A DNA stretch of 64,000 nt from Euglena gracilis (taxonomy: Eukaryota), in NCBI GenBank assembly GCA_039621445.1, contig CP154954.1:39765816-39829815 (forward strand), in the 5' to 3' direction. Each line of letters starts with the position of its first letter. Position 1 is the stretch's first letter. Under the pieces are notes generated by a model, which searched no databases, was not told the DNA's origin, and worked only from the letters and a program-made list of their open reading frames with translations. This document shows, piece after piece, positions 37,383 through 51,172 of this stretch. Position numbers and translations under genes: made by a program.

Positions 37383-38320
37383 GGGTAAAAAGGCAAAAAC
37401 CCAAAAATTCACACAAATAAGCACAGAAACAGGGGCCAGAGAGGTTGTATCGACTATTACCGAACAGAGCCTTCTCAGACCTGTATCTTTGCTTAAAGGT
37501 TGGCTAGGGGCCAGGAACAGTACTTTTACCGTACTTCACGGCCCAGCACGATCCTCACCACCAGTCAACCACAGAGTTTCTCTGTGTGGAATGTCTGTGT
37601 AGGATCGTTGCTGCTACCAAGTGTGCGTCCAATGACTTCCCTTTTGACCCCTTTCGCCCCAGAAAAGACTGTTTTGCTTTCTCCTGGTGCGCACCTACTT
37701 AGGTGAATAAAAATCCTTGGAGTAAAAAAAGGCTTTTCCCCAATTCCCCAATGCTAAAGCAGAGCACAAAGCAAGTCGCTGTGAAAGGATTTTCCTTCAC
37801 AGTCCTGTTCAGGATGTTCAGAGGTTCATCCTCTAACTTCAAAACAATCAAAATGTGAGGAATAGAACTCCACCTGTGAGAAAAGATATCACGCAGGCAC
37901 GTGTGATACGTGTCGCCAAATCCCATAGGATCTGCCACGATCGGCAGGCTGTGCTAATCACAGCCGTCAGATTGTGACGGAGCCAGACTCTGCAGGTTTC
38001 CCACAGAGCTGGGATCGTGCCTGGTACACATTTTCCCAACCTAAGCAGGTGCGCACCAGGAAAAGGCAAAAAGACTTCTCCGGGGCAAAAAGGGTCAAAG
38101 GGATGTCTTTGGACGTACACTGTAACCCACCCTCAACCTTCTTTGTCAATGCCCATGGCAGGCAAACCCAAACAAGGGGGTGACCCACACATTGACAAAC
38201 CCTATGGTATGTCAATCGACAACACCAACGACAAAGTGGAGGATCAGAGAGCCTGTGGGCAGATCATGCACAACACCCCAGCCACCTTTAGAGAATGCTC
38301 AATCCCCAGTGGTACCAGGG
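37383..38320 (+). repeat. ~940-bp dispersed duplication (second copy 53256-54200; partial third copy about 52720-53030)
   Basis: Near-identical sequence starts GGGTAAAAAGGCAAAAACCCAAAAATTCAC in both full copies. Confidence 0.85.
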
Positions 38321-40360
38321 GTGCAATGTCCAACACTCCCCACCTGGCACCCATAAAATCATCCAGTTGGGAAAATACTTTCCATGGAGGGAAAATGGGG
38401 AGACACCCCCCTGTACCAGAGACTTCAGAAAAGTTAAAATGGTGGGTGGACAAAAATGCCGCCACGGCTACAGGTCAATTGATAAAAATGGCATTCAACC
38501 CCCCTGGGTGAAACCCCCAAAATTGTCTACCAACCCAAAGCCCAGGGTCAACGTGGACCAGGGCAGAAAAAATTCAGCTGGATTGCAAAAAAAAACTGGG
38601 TCAGTGAAGCGAGTTTGGGATTCAGAAACCCAGCATTTGATCCCATGGTTCTAATTTGAGAACCAGAAGGGGGAAGAACTAAATGGAGAATGATCAGCGA
38701 ATGCAAACAAATAAATCTGCAGTTCCAAGTAAAACTTTTCAAGCTGGATCATATCCAACACATTTTTCCAGTTTTGGAAAAAGGTCACTGGGCAGCAAAA
38801 ATAGACCCAAAGGCTGCCTATTTACATATTCCAATAAGTCCAGACCTCAAGCTACTTTTAAGGCGTCAGGTGGGGGGGCAGACCTTGGGATTTCAAACAG
38901 GCTGCTGTTGGCTAAATCTAATGCCCCAGTTTTTCATGTCAGTGATGAAAACATTATAAAAACTGTGGAGAAAATGTATTTACCTGGACGACATTTTGCT
39001 AGTGCCCGCCAGCCAAACATTTTACAAAATCACCTGAAAACTGTCGTCAGAGATTTGCTAGATTCTGGGTTCAAAATCAATGTGAAAAGGTCCACCCTGC
39101 TTTACATTGATGCAAAATGGATTCTTTTCTCCAAAATTCCTGAACAATTTCTCCTGTGTGCATGTCTAGCCCCCCCCCTCAAGCATGGGTGCTGATGTCT
39201 GTGTGCAACACTCTGGTTGCATTTTGGGGCTGCCCCCCCAGGTGTCTAGCAGAATTTTTATTTCCCTTAATTAAGCTTTGACTTCTCGGGAAATGGGGTG
39301 TTTTGAGTCCCAGAGGGCTGTGGACTTTGCCACCAAAAAATGTTGCCAGGGTGTCTATAAAAACCCTTAAACTGGGCGGGGCCATTATGGTGAAATCTTT
39401 TTGGGCCCAAAATGGCAGCCAATTGCCTTTTTGAGATGTAATCTTTTTTCACAATTTTTCCCAGCTCTTTTTATACGGTTTTGACTTTCTGGTGGGGGCA
39501 CGTGTAACTTTCCTTCCGGACCTCGGTGCAGCAATCAGCACTGTGAAAAGTTTGAGCAAACCTGGGGAAACAGTTTCGTTGTCAGTGGACAACCAGATAA
39601 TTTACTTTTACCTAACAAAACGTGGGGGCAGAAAGGATCCCTTCTACAAAATGCTGACACCATTTCCCAAGTGGTGCATGGAGCACGAAGTAAACCTCCA
39701 AGTCAACTGGGTACCTTCAAAAGAATGCCTGGCAGACCCCATCAGCAGATGAAATATGGACAGGGGGATTATTCTTTAGACCCCCAACTCTTTCAATGGC
39801 TCAAAACAGCAGTTCAAAAAATTCATAAATCTAGAAGCGGATTTATTTGCCTCCCCAGTCAGAAAAAAAAACTGCCCAATTTTGTGGCCAGGTCGCCCCA
39901 TTTGGATGCCACAACAGTAAATGTATTACAATGTCCACTGGACAACACGGGGGATCTTTATGCAACCCCCCCCCGGTCAAAAATTCAAAAAATTTCTACC
40001 CAGGTTGAAAATTTCCCAAGACCAAAGTTTTGATGGTCACCACCTACTGGAATTCAGCCATCTGGTGGCCCCAGTTAAGAAAAATGAAAGAGAACCCGCC
40101 TGAAAATCACCCCCTACGGGGGCATGTTCATCAATTGCAGGGGGGAGCAAATGCCACCCCCCAGGTGGCCCCTGCTTGCATGATTTTCTCAGGCAAATTG
40201 TGGAGGGGAACAAATTCATGTTGAGACCATAAACGACTTTCTGGGGAGAAACCCCAATTTGAAACGTTATCAGGGTGCTTTTGCACTTCTATGGGTAGTT
40301 TTGGAACACATGGGGGTGTCCCCCCCCCATTGGCCACCACTGACCAGGTGGGTGACGCAT
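38150..40360 (+). mobile_element. DIRS family 2 degenerate copy (RT, RH, MT) with an internal inverted piece at about 39110-39490
   Basis: AAKIDPKAAYLH, YLDD (38981), VDNQ, LADPISR, GDYSL, LYATPP. Confidence 0.8.
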
Positions 40361-43300
40361 TTCGTACTCCCTGGAGGCAGATCGAGAAGGGAGGAAGGGA
40401 CACCGAGGACGAAGCACAAAGACATTGTGAGGCCATGCCTTGCTCGTTGGCGGTTTGTTGTGTGATTGTGCGCTGCGCTGGGTTAGGAGGTCCCCCTTAG
40501 TGCCGCCTCGCCGGAGTTGGCTGCATTGTCTCCGTAGTGGCGACCAAGGCGCTGTCTTTTTCCCTGGGGTGCCCCCCCTCTGCCCCCCCCCCTGGCCCCC
40601 ATCTTCTGACCGAGGACGTTTGAAGACAAATTTTCGTATGTGGGTGGGGAGGTCGGGCTCACAATGTCTTTGTGCTTCGCCCTCGGTGTCCCTTCCTCCC
40701 TTCTCGGTCTCCCTCGAGGGAGTACGAGACACCTCGGGCTCCTCACTTTGCCATTGTGAGGCCAGATTGTGCACTGAAAAAAAGGAGGGCCAGGGAATTC
40801 TCCAAAGAACCTTGGGCACCAGGTCTTTGATAACGGGCTGTGAAATCCTCCACCCCCTTCCATTGACCAAACTTCTTCACAAACTTGGGCAGAAAGGCTC
40901 AAATTTTTTTTAGCAAACCAACCCCCGCCCCTCTGGTGGAGTGGGGTCCCCAAACCTGGGTGGGTACCCCCTGTTTTGTCAAAAAGCCTTTGTTGATAGA
41001 GGCAATGGTATCTGCCTTAATGGCTTTGCAGGTTGGGTTTAACGTAATTAAAAGGGGGCCCCCAGGTTTCGTAAAGAAACGTGTTGCTGCCACATAAGAC
41101 ATAATTAAATGAAAGGGACTGATTTTGGGCACTGGGGAATGGAGACAACTCTCTCCCACTTATGGAGCTTTCCCTTTTTGTGTTTAATTTTGATGTAGGG
41201 TGCCCCCCCAACACACTGGTGGTTCTTTGGACCTGTGCCAAAACTGAATTTTTGTATAAACAGAGGATTCGTGAACAGAAAATGGGTTGTGTACGCAATG
41301 TACATATATCAGAGGGCAGGGGGGACTGTGCCAGCCCCAGGAGGATTGGGAGGGGATCCCAGAATGCAACGTATTTCTCCAAATTTTGGTTCCAAAGCCT
41401 TTTATAAGATGCCAACATGAAATGGAACCTGAGTCCTCCAAAGCCAGGGATCAATAGCATAGCACCGTATGCATTGCGTGCTAGGGCCTTTGAAAATTGA
41501 AACGGTTGAATTAAAGTGTCAACCACTTGGTCAGTGCTGGCTTCAGGGGGGTACCCCCAGTTTGTCCAAAATTACTCATAAAAGTGTAAAAGCGCGTTGA
41601 TAACGCTTTAAGCTGGGGTTTCTTCGCAGGAAACCGTTAATGGTCGAATTTTGTACTTGCTTCCCCTCCAAAATTTGCCTGAGCAAACCATGCAAAGTAA
41701 GGGCCACCTGGGGTGGCATTTTTCCCCCCTGCAATTGGTGAACATACCCTTGTAAGGGGTGATTTTCAGGCAGGGGGTCCCTGGTACTTTCATTTTGATT
41801 GTCCGCGGCCACCATGTGGCTGAATCCCAGTAGGGGGTGACCATCAAAACTTTGGCTTGTGGAAACATTCTCAACCTGGGGAGAAAATTTTGAATTACAG
41901 ACCAGGGGGGGGTTTACATAATGTCCCCCTATGTTGTCCAGTGGACATTGAAATGCATCGCCTGCTGTGGCTTCCCATTGGGGCCGCCTGGCCACAAATT
42001 GTGGCAGTTTTTTGTTGCCTGGTGAGGAAAAAAGGCCTGTTTTCCGGTTGACTTTATTTTTGAACTGCTGACTCAGCCATTGAAAAGTTTGGGGTCTAGG
42101 GATTAATCCCCCCTGTCCATCTCCCACCTGCTTATGGTGTCTGCCAGGCATTCCTTTGATGCGATCCACTTTACTTGCAGGTTTATGTTGTGCTCCATGC
42201 ACCATTTGAAAAGGGCCTTAGCATGGAATTGAAGGGGTCTTTTTTCCCCCCCTTTTGTTATGTTTTAGTAAATTACTTTATTTTCCGGTGACAGGGACAC
42301 AGTTTCTCCTGGTTGGCTGAGGATTTGATCTGTGTTTATTGCTGCACTTAATTCTTTGACGTTCATGTGCAAAATGGAGTTTTTACCTCCATAATTTCTG
42401 GACAATTTTGCCTGTGCGAATGTCCAGCTCCCCCCAGGAATGGGTGCTGCTGTGTGAGTGCAACTCCCTGGTTCCACTTTGGGGGAAGGGTCTGCCCCCC
42501 AGGTGTCCAGCAGAATTTTTTTCCCTTAATTGATCCTTTATTCTCTGGGAGGTGGGACGTTTTGATTCCCAGGGTGGCTGTGGAATTTTCCACCAAAAAT
42601 TTTGCCAGGGCATCCGAAAAGGCCCTTAGAAAAGGCAAGGCCATTAGATTGCATCTTGAAGCCTGATTTGATTAAATCCCTGACCACTGTGTTCAGGTGA
42701 TTTTGTAAGATGTTCTGTGTTGGGGCCACCAGCAAAACGTCGTCCGGGTAAATAAATACCTGGATGCCCCTTTTCCTCAAAAGATTTTCGAATGTCTTCG
42801 TTACTGACATAATAGTCTGGGGCATTACATTTAGGCCAACACAGTCTGCCTGCAATTCCCAGGTCTGCCCCCCCCACCCGATGTCTTAGAAAAGGCCGTA
42901 GGGCCTGGCTCACAGGTATGTAGAAGTAAGCATCCTTTAAATCTATTTTGGCTGCCCAGTGTCCTGTTTGCAGAACTGGAAAAATGTTCTGGATGTGATC
43001 CAGCCTGAGAGGTTTGACTTGTAACCTGTGATTTATTTCCCTGCAATCTCTTTAGTCTCCATTTTGTCTGTTCCCCTTCTGTTTGCGAAATCAGAAACCA
43101 GGGGATTGGGTGCTGGGTGGTAGAATCCCTCACCCTCTTTACAGATCCAGATTTTTCGTAATCCAGCATTTTTTTTTGCTTGGTGCATGTTCAAATTTGC
43201 CCTGGGGTTTGGGTGGGTGGACAATTTTGGTGGGTTCACCCAAGGGGTTTGAATGCCATCCCTGATTAGTTGACATGTTGTTGGTGGGCATTTTTTGTCC

Positions 43301-44790
43301 ACCATTTCAAGCTTTGTTGTAGCCTTTGACGGAGGGGGATGTCTCCCTATTTTTCCTCCATGAAATTTATTTCCTGGGTAAGATTATTTTGTGGAGGGGC
43401 TGGGCTGGTGGTGATAGACATTTTAGGCTGTTTTGCAACCTTTGACGGATGGGGGTGTATCCACATGTTTCCTCCATTGAATTAATTTTGTTGGATAAGA
43501 TGATTCTGGGGACGCTTGGTTTGGGGTGTTGGACATTGCACCCCTAGGTCCCCTAGGGCTTGGGCCATTGGGAAAAGAAAAACTTTTTTCTGGGGGGATG
43601 TGCATGCACTCTCTCCCTCTCTGCTCACCTCTCTGGATGATCTTGTTGTTGGAAGACATACCATAGGGCTTAATGCCCCTGTTTTGTCTATCTGGTCTTC
43701 TCCATGTTGATGTCGTTGGTTGGCATACCATAAGGGGGCCTCTGTCGGGCCCCTCCTTGATTGACTCATTGGGGATTGAGGAATAATTGCTGGAGGGGTT
43801 CCTGCCACTCCCTCCAAAAGGGCCATTGTGGGTCCCTTTTCCTCCTGAGGCTGGGCCATTGAAAGGGCCACTGTGGGTCAGTTTTTCCACCTTTTTTGGC
43901 AGAGGGCCTCTGTGGGTCATTCGGGGGATTTCTCCAGCAGCATTCTTAGCTTCTTGGTGGCAGCTCTGGGTCCACCCTGCTGGTTGGGGATGATGCCTCT
44001 TAGCTTCTCGGTGGCCACTGTGGGTCCACCCTGCTGGTCTCCAAGGTTTCCATGTATAATTTTTTTCCGTAATCCATCTTGTGGTATTGTGGGCCTTGAT
44101 TTCCTCTTGGCCTCCAACCCCGTTGGAAATCTGGGGGGGCTGCTGTGGCCCTCCTTTGTCCCCTTGAGAAGGGCTGTTGTGATAGATGAAATGGGGGCGG
44201 TTTGACAGACCTTTTCTGCCCCTTCCTGAGGGGATTTGCTGAAAAAACTGGCCCCCATGGCCCCTGTGGTGTTGACCGCCCTTGCCTTGATTCCACCTCC
44301 TCATCTTCTGGCCAATTTGTGCCCAGGTAGCTGGGAACCTTTGGGGGGGATGCCCCTTATGTGTGGGCTTTGATTGTCCAATTGTGAAGCATTTTGGGCC
44401 CCCCATGGCCCAATGTTTGCCCACCAAGGGCTGGGGCTGGCTTCTGTCTTCTGGGCCTTCTGGCCACCGTGGTCCAAGGACTCTCTTGATGTTGGCTCCA
44501 CTCTTGGAATTTTGATAGTCCCCATTGAATTCTTTTGGAAGTTGGGCGCCATGCCAATTGAAAACCTTGGGGGGCCAGTGGGGGCCCATCCTGTACCCCT
44601 GATGGGGTTTGAGATGAAGCAACGATTTGGGGGGGTGTTGTGGACCTGTCCTGGCCCTGCAACTGGGCATCTGTTTCTGGAATTGGCCATCTTGGCCCTG
44701 GCATTGTTGGCCATCCTGGCCCTTCTTTCCGTCGGCCGCCATGGCCATTGCTGTTGTGGCCGCCCTGGCGCAGCTTGAACAAGGTCTTGC
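40361..44790 (-). mobile_element. DIRS family 2 degenerate copy (ORF1, RT, RH, MT, YR, ICR, 3' ITR)
   Basis: IYPDD, HMNVKELSAA, YVNPP, WGPHSTRGAG. The terminus 40361-40435 is complementary to the ICR at 40655-40728. Confidence 0.85.
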
Positions 44791-47335
44791 AGTGAGTGAG
44801 GGGTGCTGATTGACCTGGTAAGTTCAAAAAACGCAGGCGCTAACCTTAAATGCTAACCCAGGCGCCCACAGAACTAACCAAGAGACTTGACCCAACAAGG
44901 GGCCTGTAGTTTCAATGATGAAACAATTAGGATAACGCCCTCATAACTGAATTTTAACCTCTGACACATTTTAACCACTGAATTCCACAGGGCTCTGTCT
45001 CTACCCTTTCACTACTGTGTTTCTGGTTATTTAATTGCCCAACTTTGGATCAAGTTTCAAGTCAATTCGAGTATGTCAATATTGCATTGGAAGTGGAAGT
45101 TGATTCTCTGTTCAAGTATTGTGGTCTGAAGTGAAGATTGAAGCAGGAGTTGTTGCTGCCGGTATGCCTAAGAAGGTTCCCCCGTTCGCCGGCATCGAAA
45201 TCTGCTTCACTCAATCCCGCGATCAGCGATCTGGCCACTATTTCCAATTTGAATGCATTTTGCGAAATGCAGCGGACCTACAGGTGTTTTATACCCGCTT
45301 TGTTGCCCCACGAAAGGACCCACCCCCCACCAACCTCGAAAAGGAGAATGTCTTTATAACCAAATAAAGTGAAACAATTTTTAACAGAGGCCGCGCGGGG
45401 AATTGAAATTCAACTGCGCAGGGTAATCGATCCTACGCGGGGACATGGCAACCCCACGGACCAGGAACAAGCAGAGCAGCAATGGGGGTTATCCCGTACG
45501 GATGGTGGCCAGAGGTTTTTGCCCATGTTCACCCCACGGCGGCTGGACTGAACAACCGGAGAATACCACAGAACCACAGGAATCTGTCTCATCAGCCGTA
45601 GCTAGGTCGGCTAGTTCAGAGACAGCTGTCCATTTCAATGCCCCAGCAACTGGAACCACAATGACAGACTCCACAATGACCGCCCCAGAAACCTTGGAGT
45701 GGATTGAGGAACGTGAACAATGGGAATACGACACAGAAACGACCACAGACACGGCCAGGACCCTGGGGTGCGACATTGACATTGCACAAGTGTCGCAGAT
45801 GACAATTGCAATCGTTGAAATGGAACAAGATGGGGAACAGAAACACAGGACTCAAGAGGAAACATGGACCACACAGTTCACGGACACCAAAGGTGACGAA
45901 CTGGGAGACATCTACCAAAACACACAGCCGCTGCAGCTGACATATCACCCGGAACCCAGAACGGACACTCCGAACCAACTGTTCTGAGTGTCAAGGCAGA
46001 GCCCGAACGAAGACCGCTTCCAGGTCAACGGTGCAGGGGCGGAGGAACCGGAGGCGGAACCAGAACATTAAGAGTGGTTTGCGACACAAACTGGTGGTCC
46101 AGTTTCGTGCAGAACAATGACAGAATTGCAGAAAGAATTCCAAACTTTCAGGTGGGCCGCTGAGTTTCTGAACCAGAAAACTACAGAGGTGATTCAACGA
46201 CTTCAAAACACCACGGAACTGCAGTTCACACGAATGGAACATCAGATGGTCACTCAGGGGGAACGGACTGATGGGTTGGCGTGGCAAAAAGAAGCTGGGT
46301 ATGAAGAACTGTCCACACACCTGGCCACGATTACAGAAAACAGGGGGGGATGATGACGCATCACAACAGGCTGTACCGGACACATTTTGAGAACCTGGCA
46401 CAACAGATTTGGGACCTGAAGGGGAAGGCATGCTCTACTGGACGAGAAAACAATCGGGTTTGAGAGTTTGCTGCAGTTGGAAGGGGGAAGCACACAGACC
46501 CAGGGGCAGCAATTCATTAAGTTACTCGGCCAGCAGAAACAAAATGCGCGGGTGCTACAAAAATTGCAGATGCGGATGCAGAGGGTCGAACAGACAATGG
46601 CTGGGTTGGCTGAAGGTCAACGGGAGGTGAAATCACGGGGAGCAGAAACAGAGCGTCAACGTGGGACTTTGACAGGAAACTGTGAAGAGACGCTGAAACA
46701 ACTGAACCACAAGGTTCAACAAACATAGGAACATTTTACCAAGGCAATGGAAAGCCTGAACGAAAGAGTGGAACAGCTGTCCGAGGGACAACACGACCAA
46801 ACATTGGAACAGCGGATGACTAAACTTTCACAGGGAATGGCCATTTTGACAAGACGCTTGGACACGCTGGCCTCAAAAGACGTAAACAAAACGAGATTTG
46901 TCCGCCTGAACCAGGAAATGACACGGCTGGGACACAAAGTGGAGGCATCAGCCCAAACCTTCAGAAGGGTGCTCGGAGAATTTCAAAGAGGGGTTTTCAA
47001 GACTGGGTCACAGGAAGCCAGTGAGCAGGCCAGGTGGATTGACGTGTCATCCACACTGGGAAAACAGTAAACAACGTGGGACGGTTGGAGGCACAGCTGA
47101 CTGTCCTGACTACACGAACAGCACTGAAAGAAACGCAAGATTCTGGAATTCGGCAGCAGCAGTGTAGATCGCTGCCTGCCGACTTCCACAGCCAGAACCA
47201 ACTGTGGCAGACGAAATGGGAGGCCACCGAAAAAAGATGAAACGAACTGACTGAACTGACAAAACCGACAAATGAAAATTTTAAAAAATCTCGACTTTGT
47301 TCTTTCTCAGCAGCCTGTAGCTCTCCCAGCGACGG
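44791..47335 (+). mobile_element. Gypsy family B 5' part: LTR (44791-45500), degenerate PBS (45503-45515), ORF1 coiled coil
   Basis: LTR homologous to 4322-5026. TGGTGGCCAGAGG follows it. RLNQEMTRLGHKVE matches family A RLNLEVGSLGHKVD. Confidence 0.8.
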
Positions 47336-47340
47336 GCGCC

Positions 47341-48876
47341 CTTGTCCTCCACTGCCACTTTGGGGGCATCCTCCTGGAGCTGCCACAGTACATTGAATCC
47401 CCCTGAAGGGGGGACAGCCTTTTAGCTTCTGGGGTTTACCCCCTTGTGATAACTGACGGCCCCAGTGGCCTTGAAATTGTCGATGTTTTTGATGATAAAT
47501 TTGGCCCCACTAGCTCTATTGATGTTGGCTCCACTCTTGGAATTTTGATAGTCTCCATTGACTTCTTTTGGGTGTTGGGCGCCATGCCCATTGAAAATCT
47601 TGGGGGGCCAGTGGGTGCCCAACCTGTACCCCCGATGGGGTTTGAGATGAAGCAACGATTGGGGGGGTGTTATGGACCTGTCCTGGCCCTGCCACTGGGC
47701 ATCTGTTTCTGAAATGGGCCATCATGGCCTTGGTACTGTTGGCCATCCTAGCGTTTATTCCATCGGCCGCCATGGCCATTGCTGTAGTGGCCGTCCTGGC
47801 ACAGCTTGCTGTTGTGGCCGCCGTGGCCCAGCTTGAACAAGGTATTGATGAGAGTGAGGGGTGCTGAGTGCCCTGGTAAGTAAACTAACCGTAGGCACTA
47901 ACCTTAAAAGCTAACCCAGGTGCCCACAGAAGTAACAAGGGGACTTGACCTAACCAGGGGCCTACAGTTTCAATGATGAAACAATTAGGATAATCCCCTC
48001 GTAACTTAAATATAACCTCTGACCACATTTTAACCACTGACTTTCACAGGGCTCTGTCTCTACCCTTTCACTACTGTGTTTCTGGTTATTCAACTGCCGT
48101 TGGCAACTTTGGTTCAAGTTTAAAGTCAATTCAAGTTTGTCAAGATTTCACTGGAAGCGTAAATTGATTGTCTGTTCAAGTATTGTGGTCTGAAGTGAAG
48201 TTTGATGCAGGAGTCGTTGCTGCCGGTGTGCCTAAGAAGGTTCCCCCGTTCGCCGGCATCGAAATCTGCTTCACTCAATGCCGCGATCAGCGATCTGACC
48301 ACTTCCTCCAATTTGAAAGCATTTTGCTGCTTTGAGCAAGACCTACAGGTGTTTTATAACCGATTTGGTGCCCCCAAAAAGGCCCACCACACACCAACCT
48401 CGAAAAGGAGAATGTCTTTATAACCAAAGAAAATGAAACAATTTTAAACAAAGGCCGCGCGGGGGATTGAAACTCAACTAGGCTGGGTAATCGATCCTAC
48501 GCGGGGACAGGGAAATCCCACGGACCTGGAACAAGCGGAGCAGCAAAGGGGGTTATCCAGTGCAATGGATGGTTATCTTGTATCCCTGATGGGGTTTGAG
48601 ATGAAGCAACGTTTGGGGGGGGTGTTGTGGACCTGTCCTGGCCCTGCCACTAGGCATCTGTTTCTGGAATTGGCCATCCTGGCCTTGGGATTGTTGGCCA
48701 TCCTGGCCTTTGTTCCATCCGCCGCCATGGCCATTGCTGTTGTGGCCGCCCAGGCGCACCTTGCTGTTGTGGCCGCCCTGGCCCAACTTGAACAAGGTAT
48801 TGGTGTACTGGCATAACGTTGGCCCCAATGGCCCTGGCTCCAATGGCCGTTGTGGCCTGCTAGTTGTTGCGTGTTG
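47341..48876 (+). repeat. Left arm of a ~1.5-kb inverted repeat (DIRS-2 ORF1 piece, LTR B 47849-48564, DIRS-2 piece)
   Basis: Reverse complement of 51168-52704, with scattered substitutions. Confidence 0.9.
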
Positions 48877-48879
48877 GAC

Positions 48880-50315
48880 CTCTGCAGCGCTGCCTCCGCT
48901 TCCTCCGCACCGGCGATCGCACGCTCCTCCCGGGACCAGGGGTCCTGCCCGGCGCACACCCGCACCAGCTGCTGCCGAACGTGGGCCTCAGCCGCCTCCA
49001 GTCGGGCCCGTCGTTCCGCCACCGTCGTTGCCCGATGCGCCGCGTCGCGTTCCACCACTGTCATCCGACGCACCAGATGGTCCCGAAATGCGCAGATGCG
49101 CAGTCGGGTGGCCCGCGGAACCAGCAGGAGGGCCCCCAGACGCCGCTCCAGGGTCTGCAGGTTAGGCCGGTGGAAGCTGCCCGTACCGCTGCGGTCCAGG
49201 GTGCGGCTCTGCGCGTAGAGGTGGAGGGGCAAAAACCGCCGGCACACGGTGTGCACCACCTGTTTGTAGGGGTGCCACACCGCGTACAGCATGTGGAGGG
49301 GGGTCAGGGCGGCCGACACTTCCACCGCTGCAGCTCCCTTCCGTACAGCAGCTTCGCCGCCCGGTACCAGATGTTCTCATCCACGAGAACCGGCACCGGG
49401 GTGGCGAGCTGTTCGGCGACCGAGCCCCGCAGGTAGCGCAGGACCTCCAGCAGGCCGACCTGGGCCGACACGGCGTGGTCGCCCATGAGGAACGGACGCC
49501 ACGGCAGGTTCTCCACCCGGGGGCGGCTCACGTCCAGGGGCAACCATAAGTCCGTCGCCGACAGGTCCAAGTCGGCCACCGTCGGGAGCGCTCCCGCAGC
49601 CGTCCGCCGCTGTACTCCGCCAGCTCGGTATCCAGCAGGTGTCGCTGCCACAGCTGCTCCAGGGAGTGGTGACCGGGGAACGGGAGCACGGGGTCCACCA
49701 GCGGCAGCACCGCCACCACCACCACATTCAGGTGGGCCTCCATGCGGCGCGGCGTGTTGCGGTACCGCCGCTTGTAGTAGTTGTCGAACCACTTCACTGC
49801 GGGGTTTCCGGCCAGGTCGTGCCACTGCTCGGCCTGCCGCGCCAGGGCCACTCGGGCGCGATCGGTGGCGGAGTGCAGCAGGGCGGTGGGGTGGACCCCG
49901 CTGTGGCGGAGGAAGCGGACCAGGGCGCGGGTGGCGGGCAGGGGGACGTCCTCGGCGGCGACGCGGGGCTGTGGGGCGCGGGGGCAGGCGTGCTGGCGGT
50001 GGGCCCGGTACGAGGCCCAGGCGTCCAGCAGCTGCATCTCCGTGCTCTGGCGGCGGGGGCGGCGGGTCAGCTCGGCCAGGAGGTGGTCGCTGTCCGGGGA
50101 GCGGCGGAACGGGACCCGTGTGTGGGCCACCAGGACGACCAACTCGTACAGGGGGTGGGGCGGGTCCAACACGGCCGTTATGAAGTCGGCGTACGTGGCG
50201 ACGAAGGTGTCGCGCACCAGCCTGCCGATGATCTTGCCCGCCGTGGCCCAGGCAAGGACGGCGGGGGTGTGCACGTGCCGGGCGCGGTACAGGGTGTGAG
50301 GTTGCAGGGGCATGG
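48880..50315 (-). pseudogene. GC-rich uncharacterised protein gene, two frameshifts, 3'-truncated; possibly transposase-like
   Basis: Three consecutive frames join into one GC3-rich reading with VKWFDNYY, VLVDENIWY and YAVWHPYKQ, followed by a coiled coil. Confidence 0.55.
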
Positions 50316-50839
50316 GGAGGTTGAGGTGGTGTGTAGGGACTGCCGAGTGACGGGATCCGCCGAGACAGCAGTCAAAGGACAAACAAACGTCCGTAAAACG
50401 GGGGGAAAACGATGAAAATGCACTACCTCCAAAAGTCTCAATAATGCGCATGTGCGCATTCATCGTCCAATCTGGTAGTAACATCCAACTGAAAAAGGTA
50501 CAGAATACACAATGTACGAAAGAATGCGCACATGTGCCTTCTTCCGTACATTGTGTAACGGCCTGGTAGCCGGTCGGAGGTCGTCTCGGTTGTGTTCTGA
50601 TAACCGCAGCCTGTCTGTGGGTGTGATGGCCAGCTGAAAACAAAGTCAACAGTCAATCAGTCAGTACACGACAAGCCAGGTGTTGACGGTGTGACAACTG
50701 TGGATGCAGAATCGTGCGTGCTCGCTCCGTTCAGCAGCTGCGGTGGTGACTGACTCACAGTTCAAAATCACACTTAACAGCAAAGGACACAAGGAACACA
50801 ATCGCCACGTAACCGTGTGGCACTCTGTCAGTTTGTGTG

Positions 50840-51172
50840 TTCAAGATTTATCTGAATCAAGTATCTGGAACAAATCATTATCTTAGCCTTGGTTTAAGTT
50901 TCAGTGCTCTTCCTTTGTGGTTTGCTTGTATTCTGCTGCATTTGTGGATTTGCTTGCTGGATTGCTTGTGGGTTTTTTTATCAAAGGAAAGGTGTGAGCC
51001 AACCAACCCACCTGTTTTCACTCATAAGAGCCACGAAAACAAAGAAATTGCAATTTCTAAAACAAGCCGCAAGGGGAATTGAAAACACCCTGGGCAGGCT
51101 GAAAGATCCCACGCAAAGGGGTGCCGTCCACGACAAACTGGAAACTCAGGGATCGGGCACACCGATACAACA
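50840..51172 (+). repeat. 3' part of a family A-like LTR
   Basis: Matches 5560-5890 (AAAGGAAAGGTGTGAGCCAA..CACCTGTTTTCAC..ATACAACA). Confidence 0.8.

Noticed and set aside
45982-45992. Spliced-leader-like TTCTGAGTGTC
   Set aside because: Only an 11-nt match, inside a retroelement ORF.
48573-48880. Functional fusion of the GC-rich gene with DIRS ORF1
   Set aside because: The frame simply reads through the rearrangement junction.
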